A DNA stretch of 63,583 bases, the filler included, from Octopus bimaculoides (lineage: Eukaryota): assembly GCF_001194135.2 (NCBI RefSeq). It is 6 parts of 6 records of this genome, joined end to end, with 100 filler letters (N's around TTAATTAATTAA, not from the genome) between each part and the next. Parts side by side here need not be neighbours in the genome. Positions count along the whole stretch, not along the records: positions 1 to 23,127 come from NC_068981.1; positions 23,228 to 46,032 come from NC_069000.1; 4 more parts are not named here. The stretch is one strand, 5' to 3'. Below, one piece after another: positions 12,761-26,640 of this stretch. Numbering within the stretch: position 1 is the first letter of the stretch; every line of letters starts with the position of its first letter. The translations under genes and the position numbers were made by a program. The notes beneath the pieces were generated by a model. It saw nothing but the letters and a program-made list of their open reading frames with translations, was not told the origin of the DNA and made no database searches.

Positions 12761-12790
12761 AGAGAGAGAAAGAGAGAGAGAGAGAGAGAA
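12615..12790. repeat. (GA)n polypurine tract with an internal gap
   Basis: Direct reading. Confidence 0.9.
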
Positions 12791-13696
12791 AGATTGGCAG
12801 ACATACAGAGATAAAAATATATATATAAATGATGATAATACACACACACAAACACACATATGAACAGACACACATGCACACAGATGCATGAACACACACA
12901 CATGCATGAACACACACACACACACACGCATGCGTGCACATAAATATTTACACAAGTTCACACCCATACATATTTATATACAACTCAAATGCTGACAACT
13001 ACATGGACACTCGTTTGATGTACTTTTAAATTTGTAGTGTTACTAACAAATATTAGTCTTCCTGAAATACAGTAAATTGACCATTTTTCGTGTTTTCTTA
13101 TTATTTGTGTGATGTCTTGTTTGCTGAGGAGATCAATTTCTTCCAATCAATTCTCATTCTTATGCCAAAGGTTATCCTACAGTGACTCACCAGCCTAAAA
13201 TATCAGCTGTAGTATTATAGCTCCTAAATTTTTTTTTAGTGTCTTTCTAAATTACTATTAATGTTGCAGGGATAAAATTAGGTTGTATATACTTTACATA
13301 GTTCACCATGATGGCTACCTCAGTATCTCAGATACTGGATTAAATTAATTTGATTATTAATTTTCCTTTGAGTAACTTGGAATATCATTTTTTTAAAAAT
13401 CTATTTAAAAGAAAATAAATAATTGTAAAATAAAAAATACTGACAATCTCACACTTCATTTTATTCTTTTCTTTGTTTAATGGCATGTCATATTTTAATG
13501 GCATGTCGTATTTTAATGGCATAAAAGAGACTGGTAGTATAAGTACCAGGCTTTAAACAAATTGATAGGTTTGATTCATTTAACTAAAAAGTCTCCAAAG
13601 TAGTGACCCAGCATGGTATCAGTCTAATGACTGGAACATGTAAAAGATAAAACATAAAGGTAATGCTTATTGTTTTAGATAATAATAAAATCAATA

Positions 13697-13948
13697 CAGG
13701 CATACCTCATTTTGATTTAAGTCATTCTCAATTATATACTCTTTTACTCTTTTAATTGTTTCAGTCATTTGACTGCAGCCATGCTGGAGCACCGCCTTTA
13801 GTCGAGCAAATCGACCCCGGGACTTATTCTTTGTAAGCCTAGTACTTATTCTATCGGTCTCTTTTTGCCGAACCGCTAAGTGACGGGACATAAACACACC
13901 AGCATCGGTTGTCAAGCAATGCTATGGGGACAAACACAGACACACAAG

Positions 13949-13984
<36 letters not shown>

Positions 13985-14960
13985 CATATATACAACGGGC
14001 TTCTTTCAGTTTCCGTTCACCAAATCCACTCACAAGGCTTTGGTCGGCCCGAGGCTATAGTAGAAGACACTTGCCCAAGATGCCACGCAGTGGGACTGAA
14101 CCCGGAACCATGTGGTTGGTAAGCAAGCTACTTACCACATAGTCACTCTTGCGCCTTTTTCAAAAATAATTTATGGAAAAATAAAAATCAAGTTAAGTCG
14201 TTTTACTTGACTTTACATATGTCCACTACAAATATTGGAATCATAAAATCACTATAAAACCATTAAAAGTACATAAAATCTTGTTACTGTACAATATGTA
14301 AGAATAAAAGCATATAAAATCATATTAAAATACATACAGTAAATGTTAAGATACACACCCTAAAGTAATGTGGCTTAGTGAACAAAATCATGAAATCAGC
14401 TGTGTTGTCTTATTTATCAGTCTTTCAGAGCTCGTATTGCACTGTAGTTCCGATATCTACCATTAGGTGTTATTGTCACTCATGATTCCCACAATTGTTT
14501 TGAATTCAGATTTGTTTACGTCTATTTATCAGCTACTTTCTCATTCTCATTCATTTGTGACTTCATTTTTTGCTCCCATGGTTCCTAAGAAAATTCATAG
14601 TGAAAGTGCTAAGTGTCATGCTATAACACTGGAAGATAAACTGGCTATGATAAAACGCTGTGAAAAAGGTGAAAAAGTGGTAGAAATTGTACAATCTTTG
14701 GGATGAGTTGGACAACTGTATCGACGATTGTACATAATAAAGACAAGATTTTAGCAAACATGGTTTTTATTAACCATGTATTATTGAAAATGCATTCATA
14801 AATAAAGTACAAAACTGGTAATGGATATTATTGGTTTAGCCTAGAGACAAGTAAATTCAGCCTAGCCTAGCCTGGAGACAAGTTGATTTGACTTAAGTCA
14901 TTTTTCAACTTAAGTTGTGCCTCATGGAACCAATTAACAACATAGGATGAGGTATGCCTG
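13697..14960 (+). mobile_element. Tigger/pogo internal-deletion derivative carrying a nested SINE
   Basis: 14-bp TIR CAGGCATACCTCAT at both ends flanked by TA; N-terminal HTH fragment MVPKK...AITLEDKLAMIKRCEKGEKVVEIVQSLG. Confidence 0.8.
13737..14155 (-). mobile_element. SINE family A, full length (tRNA head, CORE-like block, internal microsatellite, tail)
   Basis: Reverse complement of 51362-51839. Confidence 0.88.
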
Positions 14961-15854
14961 TATATCCATACTAAGTCCTCACCCACTCCTCCCTACTTAT
15001 TGTTACTTACACTTCATTGATTATATTCACTTCTTCACCTATTCTCCAGTTGTCACTCTCCCATACACCACTGAAACTTCTACCCCCTAACACTCTTGGG
15101 TCTTCTGTTCCCATTCACCTCGTACCTTGAAGATTCACCTAGAAATCTTATCACCACTATTTTTATCTCTTGCCAGCTCCATCTTGATCATCCCCACTCT
15201 CCTAAAATTTGTGTTGCCATGTAGCTCCTCTACAGCAAGAAACCTGTTCTACTCTGGCCCCTTCTCTCATACTTTCATCAGTTCATTTTCTGTTACTGTG
15301 AAAATGTGTTTGAAGCCACTATTGTTACATTTAGTTTTAACTAAACCCAATTGACAGATTTGAATTTTCAGCTATTCTGTTATATAAATTACTGATATAC
15401 CAGCAATGATTACTCTTTTATACTAAACTTTAACACGAGGTACATCAAAATGCTTTAGCCACCAAAAACTTACTAGATACAGTTGAAAGGGACACAGTTG
15501 TAAAAGTTTATGTAACTTCACCTTGGACAGTAAAAGAGGAATCAACTGGGTATCATAATTGTTTCAAGTATTTTTATACTTTCATCAGTAATCAGTTAAC
15601 CTATATTTTACTGTCACTGATATTTATTTAATTTTCAAATGCATCATCAGCATCAGCATCATCATCACCATCATTATCATGTCTGTTCTTCCATGCTTCA
15701 TGGGTCAGTGACACATAACACCTTTAGGTATACTCTGTAATATATGTTAGCATGGGAAATAAACAATGCTTGCATGTCAGTAATTTATGATACTATGATG
15801 TTATGATCTTCATCAATAGAAAGTTCATCTTCCACATTGGTCAGTCTACATTGA

Positions 15855-15980
15855 GTACTCTAGGCACAAGGCACAAAATTTTTGGGGTGGGGACCAGTTG
15901 ATTAGATCGACCCCAGTAGGCAACTGGTATTTAATTTATCGACCCCGAAAGGATAAAAGGTAAAGCTGACCTCAACAGGA
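15855..15980 (-). mobile_element. SINE family B, 3' half
   Basis: Matches 11095-11215. Confidence 0.75.
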
Positions 15981-16889
15981 TTCCAGAATATATGCAGTTT
16001 GGAGCACAAGCTGCAAGGTGTTCTATTCAATATGCTAGCAATGGAAGATCAACATGGAAAAATTCACAGCTAACAAAGAATAAAGTTCATTAGTTGTAGA
16101 ACTAAATATTCTACAAATTAGATCATTTTAAAATCCATTGTTCAAGTGATTTATAAAATACTTTTTCTCATTAAATATTCTTCTCAAAAATGTGTTTTAT
16201 TTGACCAATAAATCACTGCCTGGTATCATTCTTTTTGCTTTCTTTATTGACTTAATTCCAGCTTATGTGAAGATGGCATTCCAGTCAGTCAGTCAATCCT
16301 TTAAGTAGCAGAATTGGTTCAACTAACTCAGCAAAATTCTTCTTCTATTGTGTCATTTACTTAGTGGGTATGTACATCTTTTTGAAAGTTCCAAGTATTT
16401 TCATTTCTGTTGGTTATGTATCCAATTTATTTTTAAAAATCTATATTTTATTCAGACTTGTATCAGCAGAGCAACATGGTAACTGAGGATGCCATTTAGA
16501 TTTACTATGGAATAATTACAAATTTATATGATTTTTCACTTGCTTATATCTTGAGTGATTTTTTTGGCAAAATGTGTTAATACTGTTTGCTGAGTTCAAA
16601 GAATTTCATAAGTTTTTCATTTCCCACTAATGTTACAAATTTCTTTGAAAACTTTCATAGTGTGCACTTAAATTTTTTATGTTGATGTTCCATTGTGGAG
16701 TTTCTGCATTTGAAAAGCAATACTACTACTCTCCGCACTAGTTATATATTGAAACATTCTTGAAATATGTTAAAGAGATTATCTTTTAAATGAATTGTGG
16801 CTGTAAAAGCCTGAATTGAAAGATTCAAAGCTTTGCTGTCATTGTAGACTATCTATTAGGATAATAGTAATATAATTCCAGTTATACGT

Positions 16890-17415
16890 TCATCATCATC
16901 GTTTAACGTCCATTTTCCATGCTGGCATGGGTTGGATGGCTTTACTGAGGTCTGGTGAGCCAGCGGCTGCACCAAGCTCCAATCTGATCTGGCAATGTTT
17001 CTACAGCTGGATGCCCTTCCTAATGCCAACCACTCAAAGAGTGTAGTGGTTGCTTTTTACATGCAACCGGTACTGGAGCCAGTCAGGGAGTACTGGCATC
17101 GGCCACGTTCAGATGGTGCATTTTATGTGTCACCAGCACAGGAGCCAGTTGGGGGTATTGGCGTCGACCACATTTGGATGGTGCTTTTTATGTGCCACCG
17201 GCACAGGAGCCAGTCAGCTTGTACTGGCATTGGCCATGTTCAGATGGTGCTTTTCATGTGCCACTGTTACAGGAGCCAGTCAAGGAGTATTGGCATCGGC
17301 CACTTCAGATGGTGCTTTTTTATGTGCCACCGGCACAGGAGCCAGTCAGGTGTACTGGCATCAACCACGTTCAGAAGGTGCTTTTTACGTGCCACCAGCA
17401 CAGGAGCCAGTCAGG
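16890..17415 (-). mobile_element. RTE 3' UTR with ~5.6 tandem ~65-bp units (17048-17415)
   Basis: Tail motif plus repeated ggtgctttttatgtgccaccggcacaggagccagtcag..tactggcat.ggccacgttcagat. Confidence 0.85.
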
Positions 17416-17746
17416 CAGACTAAAAAGTTTGTGCCTCAACTACTTAGTACTGGGTTCAGTCTCAATGCATGACACCTTTAGCAAGTGTTTTCTACTGACC
17501 AAAGCCTTGTGAGTAGCTTTGTATGTTTGTGAGTATGAGTGTATGTATGTTTGTGTCACCTTGTCTTGATATTGTTTGATAGTTATCAATGAATGTCACT
17601 GTCACACAAGCAGTGTCATTCACTCTTCAATATCCTCTGAATACATTTCTTGCCATAGGGAAATATTACCTTGCTTGGAAACAGGTAGATTCTGTAGTAA
17701 ATCTTCAGCTGTGATGTTGCTCTGCTGATACAAATCTGACTAAAAT

Positions 17747-17961
17747 ATTCTTTTATTCTTTTACTTGCTTCAATCATTTGACTGCAGCCATGCTGGAGCG
17801 CCACCTTGAAGGGTTTTAGTTGAACAAATCGACTCCTGGACTTTTTTTTTAAGCCTAGTACTTATTCAATTAGTCTCTTTTGCTTAACCACCAAGTTACA
17901 GAGACATAAACACACCAACACCAGTTGTCAAGTGGTGGTGGAGGGCAAACACAGACACAAA

Positions 17962-18015
<54 letters not shown>

Positions 18016-18167
18016 GAGCTTCTTTCAATTTCCATCTACCAAATCCATTCACAAGGCTTGGTCGGAAGCTATAGTAGGAGACACTTGCCCAAGGTGCCAT
18101 GCAGTGGGACTGAACCTGGAACCATGTAGTTGGGAAGCAAGTTTCTTACAACAGCCATGCCTGCACT
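17747..18167 (-). mobile_element. SINE family A, full length
   Basis: As 13737-14155, with an internal (CA)n. Confidence 0.85.
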
Positions 18168-20215
18168 TATAAAAAATATATTTCTGTATATATATCTTTT
18201 AAACTTAAGTTCAGTATTCAAATACTTCTGAGAATTGAACTCAAAGTATTTGAACTTATCTTACTGTGTACTTACTGCAGTGCTCAAGGTTGAGACCTTG
18301 ATTACTGTCGCAACTACAAAGCCCACATACAGAAGATAAGGGCTAAAGAGAATGCCCACCACTCCATTGTCAACAAACTTATATATACATGTTCATGTGT
18401 TCAACTTTACTAGTTCCCTGCTACTCCACAAATGGGTATATTTGCACTGTAAGGGACAGATCTACCTGTGCTAAGACTCTAGTTCCACTCTTTAAGGTTT
18501 CTTATAGATTGATCATCAGTTTTCAAAGCCCAACAAACACTTGACATCCTCTATATTCTGATAAGCATAGTACCTCACCCTGTCATTAGGAGATTAGCAG
18601 GTAGTGAAAAAGAACATCAATGACAGCAAATAAAAGAACATTATCCTATGTATGACCAAGTCAAGGAGAAAATTCATTAAATGTATCACTTCCCTTGAGT
18701 GGCACTATACCAAGGAGGGCAAGGAGAACTTGCTGGGCAAAAAAACCCCCACAGTCAGGCATCACAACAACAATTTAAATTATGGAAAATGAACGGCTAC
18801 CATCTGGTTAGATACAAACTGAACAAAGTTTGATTGAGAACTAAGTTTGGTTAGGCCAATGATACTCAAAAAATAAAGATACGATTCCTCCACTGATGTC
18901 ATTTGTCATTACAGTACAGAACCACAAACTACGGAATGCCTGCTTTATAGTTTGTGCTTCTGTTGCCTGTTGAGATGCCCTCTAATGCAAAGTCAATACA
19001 TTTCTGCTGACCTTGCAATGTATAATGATGATGGAGAGAAATTTATTCAGCTTTGGCTGAACAAAATTTAACTGAACATAAAGCAGATTCAGTGAAAAGA
19101 ACTTCATGATGTCATTAATTTAACAGTATTATATAATTTTCCTTTGACATTGATGTAAATAGCATCAAATAAGTTGTTGCTTTTGTCTGTGACAAAATTA
19201 AAATAATAGAATGAAATGTCATTCTTGTGATGTCAACATCAATAAACAGATGAAGATGAGGGAATCAAGTATTGGTTCATCAACACTTTTATTTCAGGCA
19301 GAGCTTCTAAATTAATATAGACATTCAAAGAATCTATTGATTATATCAATAATTAAATCTCCCTTCTATAAAGTATAGCTCCAGCTCATACTATTTATTT
19401 TATGTATTTTAATATGATGTTTGATTGTTATTTATTCAATGTGAGCTAGATATTCATGAATTTACACAAATCTAATGAGAAAGTCTTTATGTGGTTGCTA
19501 GAAATAGCAGTCTAATTTTCCTCTAATCATACCCCTACCATCAAAAATAAATCAAAAATACATTGCATAATGTAGTTCTGTACATCTATTAAAAACAAAA
19601 AAGACAGAATAGTTTCAATCAAAATGCTTTTGATCATAGGTCAGCTCAATCAAGACTGACCTGGGGCTAAGCAATAATAACAACAATACTCAGATATCAT
19701 ATTATGAACATAAATATTCTTGTGACAAACTTAAATAGGCTAAATATTAAATTCAATATTAAATATTTATTACAGTCTCTGTCAAAAACGAAGCTTCAAA
19801 TTTCCAATTTTACCCACGACTGCCTATTTGCATTCAATTCTTCCCATTTCTTTGAAGATACAAGCTACATCCTCTGTGATATTGAAAAGCCAAATCAAAT
19901 TCCTGCATCTACAAAAATAATTCATTATTAGTTCTTCCCCCACCCACCCACTCTCTTTCCATGTACTTTTTTGAAATTCTATTTTTATTCGTTATCACAT
20001 TTTCTAAACAGAAATGTCCCTGGTTACACGTTTCCTATGAGTGAATCACAGGCTTTACAATAGTGAAGGTGGGTACAAGGGATAGTTGTGCTGTGAAACT
20101 CAGGCTGAATAAAGATAACCAAAAAATTTTTTGTTTGAAAACTCTAGCTTGTAGGCATCCTCATCTACATTTATGTCTTTGCTGGTATATTATCAGCAAA
20201 ATATGCACAGAGGCA

Positions 20216-20218
20216 CAT

Positions 20219-20310
<92 letters not shown>
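20216..20310. repeat. Long (CA)n microsatellite
   Basis: Direct reading. Confidence 0.95.
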
Positions 20311-20314
<4 letters not shown>

Positions 20315-20349
20315 GCAGTTTGGCTGATTAGCTCATAGGTTGGCCAAGG

Positions 20350-20630
20350 TACTCTCATGGAACGACCAAATGAGGTTTATTTTTCAACATAGTCATCCTA
20401 GCAGTCACCACATGTCTTCCATTGGTGAAGAAGCTTTCATCTGGCTGGTCAAAAAAGTCATGAAGGGCAGATATGACGTCATCATCACTGTGATACTAGT
20501 TTCCAGCTAAGTGTTTTTCTGTGTTGGAGAACAGGTGATTGTCAGATTGGGTCAAATCAGGAGAATAGGAAGGATGCTCAACCAGTTCAGAGCCACAGTC
20601 ATGCACAGCAGTCATTGAAACTAATGATTT
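20350..20630 (-). mobile_element. Mariner C-terminal fragment
   Basis: ELVEHPSYSPDLTQSDNHLFS...DDDVISA (YSPDL motif). Confidence 0.7.
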
Positions 20631-21125
20631 GAGAAACAAGCAGTCAATCTGTTTATATACTTAACAATTACAATAGCCACAGAATACTGCAACTGGTATC
20701 AAGAGTCATGATACCCCCTACAAGAATAGACTTGACCAAACAACTATAAATAGTAGTGGTCTGAGTGAGAAAGAGAGTAGGCATTAATCACAGGACATCG
20801 TAAGGTGTCATTTTGATAGTTTACTAGAATATCATTTGTTGGTTCGTGTATAATTTGTGCAGAGTTCATTGGATTGTTACATCATTACCCTGCCTCATTA
20901 TATATTTATTTGTTACTACACAGTTTTAGAGTAAAAAAGTATTGTCACAACAATTGGTGACACAACAGTAACCTATATAATACCTTTATAAACAGGGCTA
21001 ATTTAGCTGTTTCTCTTTAGATTGAGAAAATGATGGACAACCTTGATTGATTTTCAAATCTTATGAGTTTCATCATCATTATCTAATGTCCGACGTCTAC
21101 GCTGGCATGGGTTGGACAGTTTGAC

Positions 21126-21263
21126 AGGAGCCAACCAGGATGGAGCCAGCCAGGCAGGAGCCAGCCAGGCAGGAGCCGGCCAGGCAGGAGCCGGCCAGGC
21201 AGGAGCCGGCCAGGCAGGAGCCGGCCAGGCAGGAGCCGGCCAGGCAGGAGTCAGTCAGGCAGG
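21126..21263. repeat. GC-rich 15-bp minisatellite (CAGGCAGGAGCCGGC)n, about 9 copies
   Basis: Direct reading. Confidence 0.9.
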
Positions 21264-21780
21264 ATGACCTGGGATGAGGTGGTGAAGCACAACCTTCAAA
21301 GGTTGGTCCTCACTGAAGCAATGACAAGTGACCAAGACCTTTGGAGATATGCTGTGCTTGAGAAGACCTGTCAAGCCAAGTGGAGCATACCAGCCCATTT
21401 AAGAATAGTCTTCAATCATTGGGCAATAAACTGCACTTGCAATGACCTGTTGAGGCAAGTGAAGTTATTGCCATAGCCAATGACAGTACCGCCTGATTGG
21501 CACCAGTGACGGTGGCACATAAAAAGCACCATTCAGTCGTGGTCGATGCCAGTAGCGCCTGACTGACCTTCATGCTGATGGCATGTAAAAAGCACCCACT
21601 ACACTCTTGGAGTGGTTGGCATTAGGAAGGGCATCCAGCTGTAGAAACTTTGCCAGATCAGATTGGTGCATAGTGCAGCCTTCTGGCTTGCCAGCCCCCA
21701 GTCAAACCGTCCAACCCATGCCAGCATGGAAAGTGGACGTTAAACGATGATAATGAGGATGATGATGATGAGGAGGAGGA
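21263..21780 (+). mobile_element. RTE ORF2 end plus 3' UTR
   Basis: TWDEVVKHNLQRLVLTEAMTSDQDLWRYAVLEKT, then UTR and (GAT)n tail. Confidence 0.85.
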
Positions 21781-21809
21781 AGATGTGTGTGTGTGTGTGT
21801 GTGTGTATG

Positions 21810-21847
<38 letters not shown>

Positions 21848-22426
21848 TAGATAGATATAGATATACACACTCACATAAAAAAAAGTGTTTTCTGCGGAAG
21901 AGTAAAAAAGCAACAAAGAAAAACAGTTCAGGAGAAAATAAACAAAGAAGCAACCAACCAAACAAAGAAATCTGTTTATTTTGGTACTTCAGTGAAGAGG
22001 TCAAAAGGTCAAAGGATTAATTATGGTGATTGTAGTGTTGATGTTTTAATTTTGTCTCCTCCTTTACTTTCTGCAGAATGGCAGCATATTGCAGATAACA
22101 ATTGACTTGAAAAAACAAAAGATCTAGGGATAAGACTAGGGTTAAGATACAAAAATTAATGAGGGAACGAGCAAGAAAATTTGGTTGTTGTAATTCATCA
22201 TCATCGTCATTATCATAATCATCATTGTCGTTAATCATCGCCATCATCATAGTCATCATCATCATCATCATTGTTACTATTGTCGTCATCATCATCATTA
22301 TCGTTTTGTTGCTATATTTATAATCGGCATTCAGTTGCTCTGTCATGGCAAATTTTCAAATGAATTATCAAAATTCACTAACGAGACAAATTGTGAGGAC
22401 TTAAATTAGTACTTTGGCTGTGAGAC

Positions 22427-22482
<56 letters not shown>

Positions 22483-22774
22483 TTTCTAGCTTCTTACTCC
22501 AAGCCAAACTGGATGAATTTAAGCATAAATCTGATTAAAAAAAAAAATCAAACAATAAAATATATAATACAAAAAAAAAAAAGGAAAATTCACATCAAAA
22601 CAATATCTTTGTTTGCCAGATGTATGAATGTGTATACGTATATGTATATATGTATATATGTACTTACATGTTTATATATATATGTATATATTAAATATAA
22701 ATTATTTTTGTGGGCAAGATGTTTGCATGTACATATACATAGACATGTATACACACATACACACACACATGTAT

Positions 22775-23100
22775 CATCATCATCATCATCGTTTAACGTC
22801 CGCTTTCCATGCTAGCATGGGTTGGACGATTTGACTGAGGACTGGTGAAACCGGATGGCAACACCAGGCTCCAGTCTAATTTGGCAGAGTTTCTACAGCT
22901 GGATGCCCTTCCTAACGCCAACCACTCAGAGAGTGTAGTGGGTGCTTTTATGTGTCACCCGCACGAAAACGGCCACGCTCGAAATGGTGTCTTTTATGTG
23001 CCACCCGCACAAGCCAGTCCAGGGGCACTGGCAACGATCTTACTTGGCTTGCCGGGTCTTCTCACGCACAGCACATTTCCAAAGGTCTCGGTCAGTAGTC
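22775..23100 (-). mobile_element. RTE 3' UTR and ORF end
   Basis: Closely matches the reverse complement of the UTR at 31850-32120. Confidence 0.8.
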
Positions 23101-23127
23101 ATATATATATATATATATATATATATA

Positions 23128-23227
23128 NNNNNNNNNNNNNNNNNNNNNNNNNNNNNNNNNNNNNNNNNNNNTTAATTAATTAANNNNNNNNNNNNNNNNN
23201 NNNNNNNNNNNNNNNNNNNNNNNNNNN
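23128..23227. other. Artificial scaffold spacer N44-TTAATTAATTAA-N44 (same 12-mer at 46077, 59035, 60417 and 61646)
   Basis: Identical 100-nt construct five times; the 12-mer has stop codons in all six frames. Confidence 0.95.
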
Positions 23228-23270
<43 letters not shown>

Positions 23271-23689
23271 CACCCACACAAACACATACATGTTATCCTA
23301 TATGTCCTTCCTTCTTATGAAGATGGGATGTGATTTGGCAGCTAGCTTTTAGAAAGAAGAGCAAACATGTAAGGGCTCTTTTATCGGCTTGTAAAATGCA
23401 CACTGTAGTTGTTGTTTACTACCAGTCAACTCTCATCAAGCAGAACTAGGATCAAACCATTCCAATCACAGCCATCCTAAATTATCCAATGTATCATGTT
23501 AAGATGCTGTAGTGTGGTTTGAGGAAAAATTTTGCAGGTAAATCAACCATGTGAATACTCCCTTGAGTACATCACAAACTAAATTTAATGTATTGACAGT
23601 AATGAACAATAAATCAGGATACTAAAATCACCAGATTTAATATATATATAGAACTCTGTGTACACCTTTTTTCAGATGCTGAATGCTGT

Positions 23690-26640
23690 CCCCCATGCCC
23701 CTGCTCCCTTTTACCAACCCTTCCTCACTCTTAGAGTTGGCACGCTCAACGTAGGCACAGTGAAGGGTAGGTTTGGTGAGACTGTTGAAATGCTGGAATG
23801 GAGGTGCGTAGATGTGTGTAGCATTCAATAATTAAGATGGAGGGAAGCTTCTGCCAAGTTCTTCACAGGCAAAGAACAGAGGTATAAAATCTTGAGGGTA
23901 GCCAATAGTGATGGGGATGGTGGTGTAAGCATACTTCTTACAGGGAAGTGGGTTGATAGGTGATCGAGGTAGTCAGAGCATGTAATAGGATAAGTATGCT
24001 TAGATTAGTTTTGCAAAGTAGTACAGTAACTATTATTTCTGGTTCTGCCCCTCAACGAGAGCTGCCAGATGAACAGAAAGATCAATTTTATGACACTCTT
24101 TTACACATTACCTCATCGTGACTTCCATGGGTGGCTTTCATTATGTGCATGGAGGCTATAGAGTTGGTTCCCGCAATGAGGAGAAAACTAGGCTACTGGA
24201 GTTCTGTGATGCAAATGACCAAATGATCTGCAACACTAAGTTCAGGAAACCAGCCAGTCACCTGTTCACCAATCAATCGGTGGGAACACAAGCTAGATTG
24301 ACTACATTTTCACCAGAATGATGGGAAAATGGCTGTTTATCTTCCCAGGTGAAGAATACACTCCTCAATATAGATTAGTCATTAATGACTTCAGACTTTA
24401 TGCTTGACAGATTCTAAGAGCAAACCAGTCTGAAAAAGGAAGATTTAGAAGCTTAAGAACATAATGACATATAATGTAGAGGACAACCGGATGTTCCTAT
24501 GGGACAACTTAGTGAGGGCCACTGATCAAATTTGTGGCTGGTGCAAAGTCCCAACTAGACCTAGGGTGACATTGTGGTGGAACAGCATAGAAGACAGGGC
24601 CATTAGAGTGAAAAAACAGGTCTGGAAGAGAGGTGGTAGCAGAGAATTATATCAGGTAACTAGAAGGGAAGTTAAGAGACAGGTGTATTTAGATAGAGGA
24701 GAAGCAGAAAGGAAGAAGTTTGTCAGTGTTCGGCAGCATGAGGACCAGAGGCTTCAGGAATTTTCGACTGCAAGTGTGTGAAAGAAAATCATAATGTAGG
24801 AGAGAAGTGTGTTTGCATGGATGATGGTTCACTTGCACTTAATGATTCTGCAATGAGTGCAGCTAGGAAGTGCCACTATGAAAGGCTGTTAAACGTGGAG
24901 AATGCATGGGAGAAGGAGAGTCTACCAAACGTAGACCCAACAGAAATACCAGCTATCTGAATTGACAGTAGTGTGGTAGAATAAAGCAATTAAGGATATG
25001 AAGACAGGGAAAGCCCCTGGCCCATCAGGAATCACAGCTAAAATGCTTAAAATATTTGGTTGCATGAGATATGGCCTAGTCATCCATATAGTTAATCAGG
25101 TTGTCCAGGAGGGTATCGTACCCAACAAGTGGTGTAGCAGCATTATATTCAACTGATACAAAGGTAAAGGTTATGTCTGAGACAGAGATGATTACAGAGG
25201 TGTCAAATTGCTGAACCATGTCGTGAAAGTTGCAGAAAGGGTTATAATTCAATTAATAAGGAAGAGTGTTAGCTTAGGTGACATGTAGTTTGGTTCAGGG
25301 AGAAGTACTATTGATGCTGTCTTCCTAGTAAGGTAACTGCATTTAGTAAAAAATTAATTTCTGTACTTGGCTTTTGTTAATATGGAGAAAGCCTTTAAAC
25401 AGGATCCCCCACTCTCTTATCTGGTGGTTAATGCAGAAGCTAGAGATACATGAGTGGTTGGTGAGAGCTGCATAAGTCATGTGCAGGGATGCGGTTAGTA
25501 AGGTGAAAGTTGGCAATGAGTATGGCAATGAATTTAGTGTGCCAGCAGGAGTTAACCAAGGATTGGTTTTCAGCCCATTCTTGTTTATAACAGGTCATAA
25601 CAGGAATTTCAGACTGGTTGCTTTTGGGATCGCCTCTACACTGATGACATTGTTCTTATAGCTGAATCTCTACCAGAATTAGAGAAGAAATTTCAGATGT
25701 GGAAGCAAGGACTGGAATCAGAGGTCCTTAAATTTAATTTAGCAAAGACCAATGTCCTAGTAAGTAGGAAAAACAGATAAATCAACAATCCCTTCAGAGA
25801 AAAGGTGTAGGCAGGAAGGTATGGATACATAAGAGGTATGGATACATAAGAGGTATGGATACATAAGAGGTATGGATACATAAGAGGTATGGATACATAA
25901 GAGGTATGGATACATAAGAGGTATGGATACATACAGCAGAATTACAGGCAGGTTAACAGAGAAAGTAGTCCTGTGGCAGATGTGCAGATATAATAAATAC
26001 TAAGAACATACAGGATTATAGACTTCCTCAAATGTCCAGGGGAATCCTTAGAAATAATAGCTAGCTTCCATTACTATTACCTAGGCAACCAAGTTAGCTG
26101 TGGAGGAAGATGCTCTGAAAGCAGAGTTGCTAGAATAAGAATAGGCTGGGCAAAGTTCAGAGAACTATTACCTTTGTTGGTAACAAAAGGCCTCTCCCAC
26201 AGAGTGAAAGGCAGATTGTATGATACCTGTGTACACACAGTTATGCTACGTGGCAGTGAAACATGGGATGTGACTGCAGAGGACATGTGAAGGTTTGAAA
26301 GGAAATGAAGCCAGCATGTTCCACTGGATGTGCAATGTCAGTGTGCATGTACAATAGGGCTTAAATGTTTTAAGAGAAAAGTTATGTATACAAGGCATCA
26401 GATGTTGTGTGCAAGAGAGGAGATTGTCCTGGTATGGTCATGTGATGCCTATGGATGAAGACAGCTGCATGAAGAAGTGCTGATCTCTAATTGTGAAAGA
26501 AAGCTGTGGAAGTAGACCTAGGAAGACGTGGGACGAAGTAGTGAGAAATGATCTTTAGATGTTAAGCCTCACAGAGGAGATGACAGAGAATTGAGATATG
26601 TGGCAATTTGCTGTGCTTGAGAAAACACATCAAGCTACTA
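23690..26640 (+). mobile_element. Long degenerate RTE LINE (APE endonuclease and RT remnants)
   Basis: LRVGTLNVGTV.GR (APE start), GKAPGPSGI and YADD-region remnants, KFRELLPLLVTKGL, LRWYGHV-like end; many stops and frameshifts. Confidence 0.88.
25818..25933. repeat. 17-bp tandem repeat (GGTATGGATACATAAGA) x~6.8 inside the RTE
   Basis: Near-perfect units read directly. Confidence 0.95.

Noticed and set aside
16995-17512. Three overlapping 110-140 aa repetitive ORFs
   Set aside because: Translations of the 65-bp RTE UTR array.
19814-19908. Minus-strand AG...GT-bounded 95-nt segment
   Set aside because: Stop codons in all three frames.
21126-25933. Regular short repeats as possible CRISPR arrays
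   Set aside because: No unique spacers and no cas genes; eukaryotic minisatellites.
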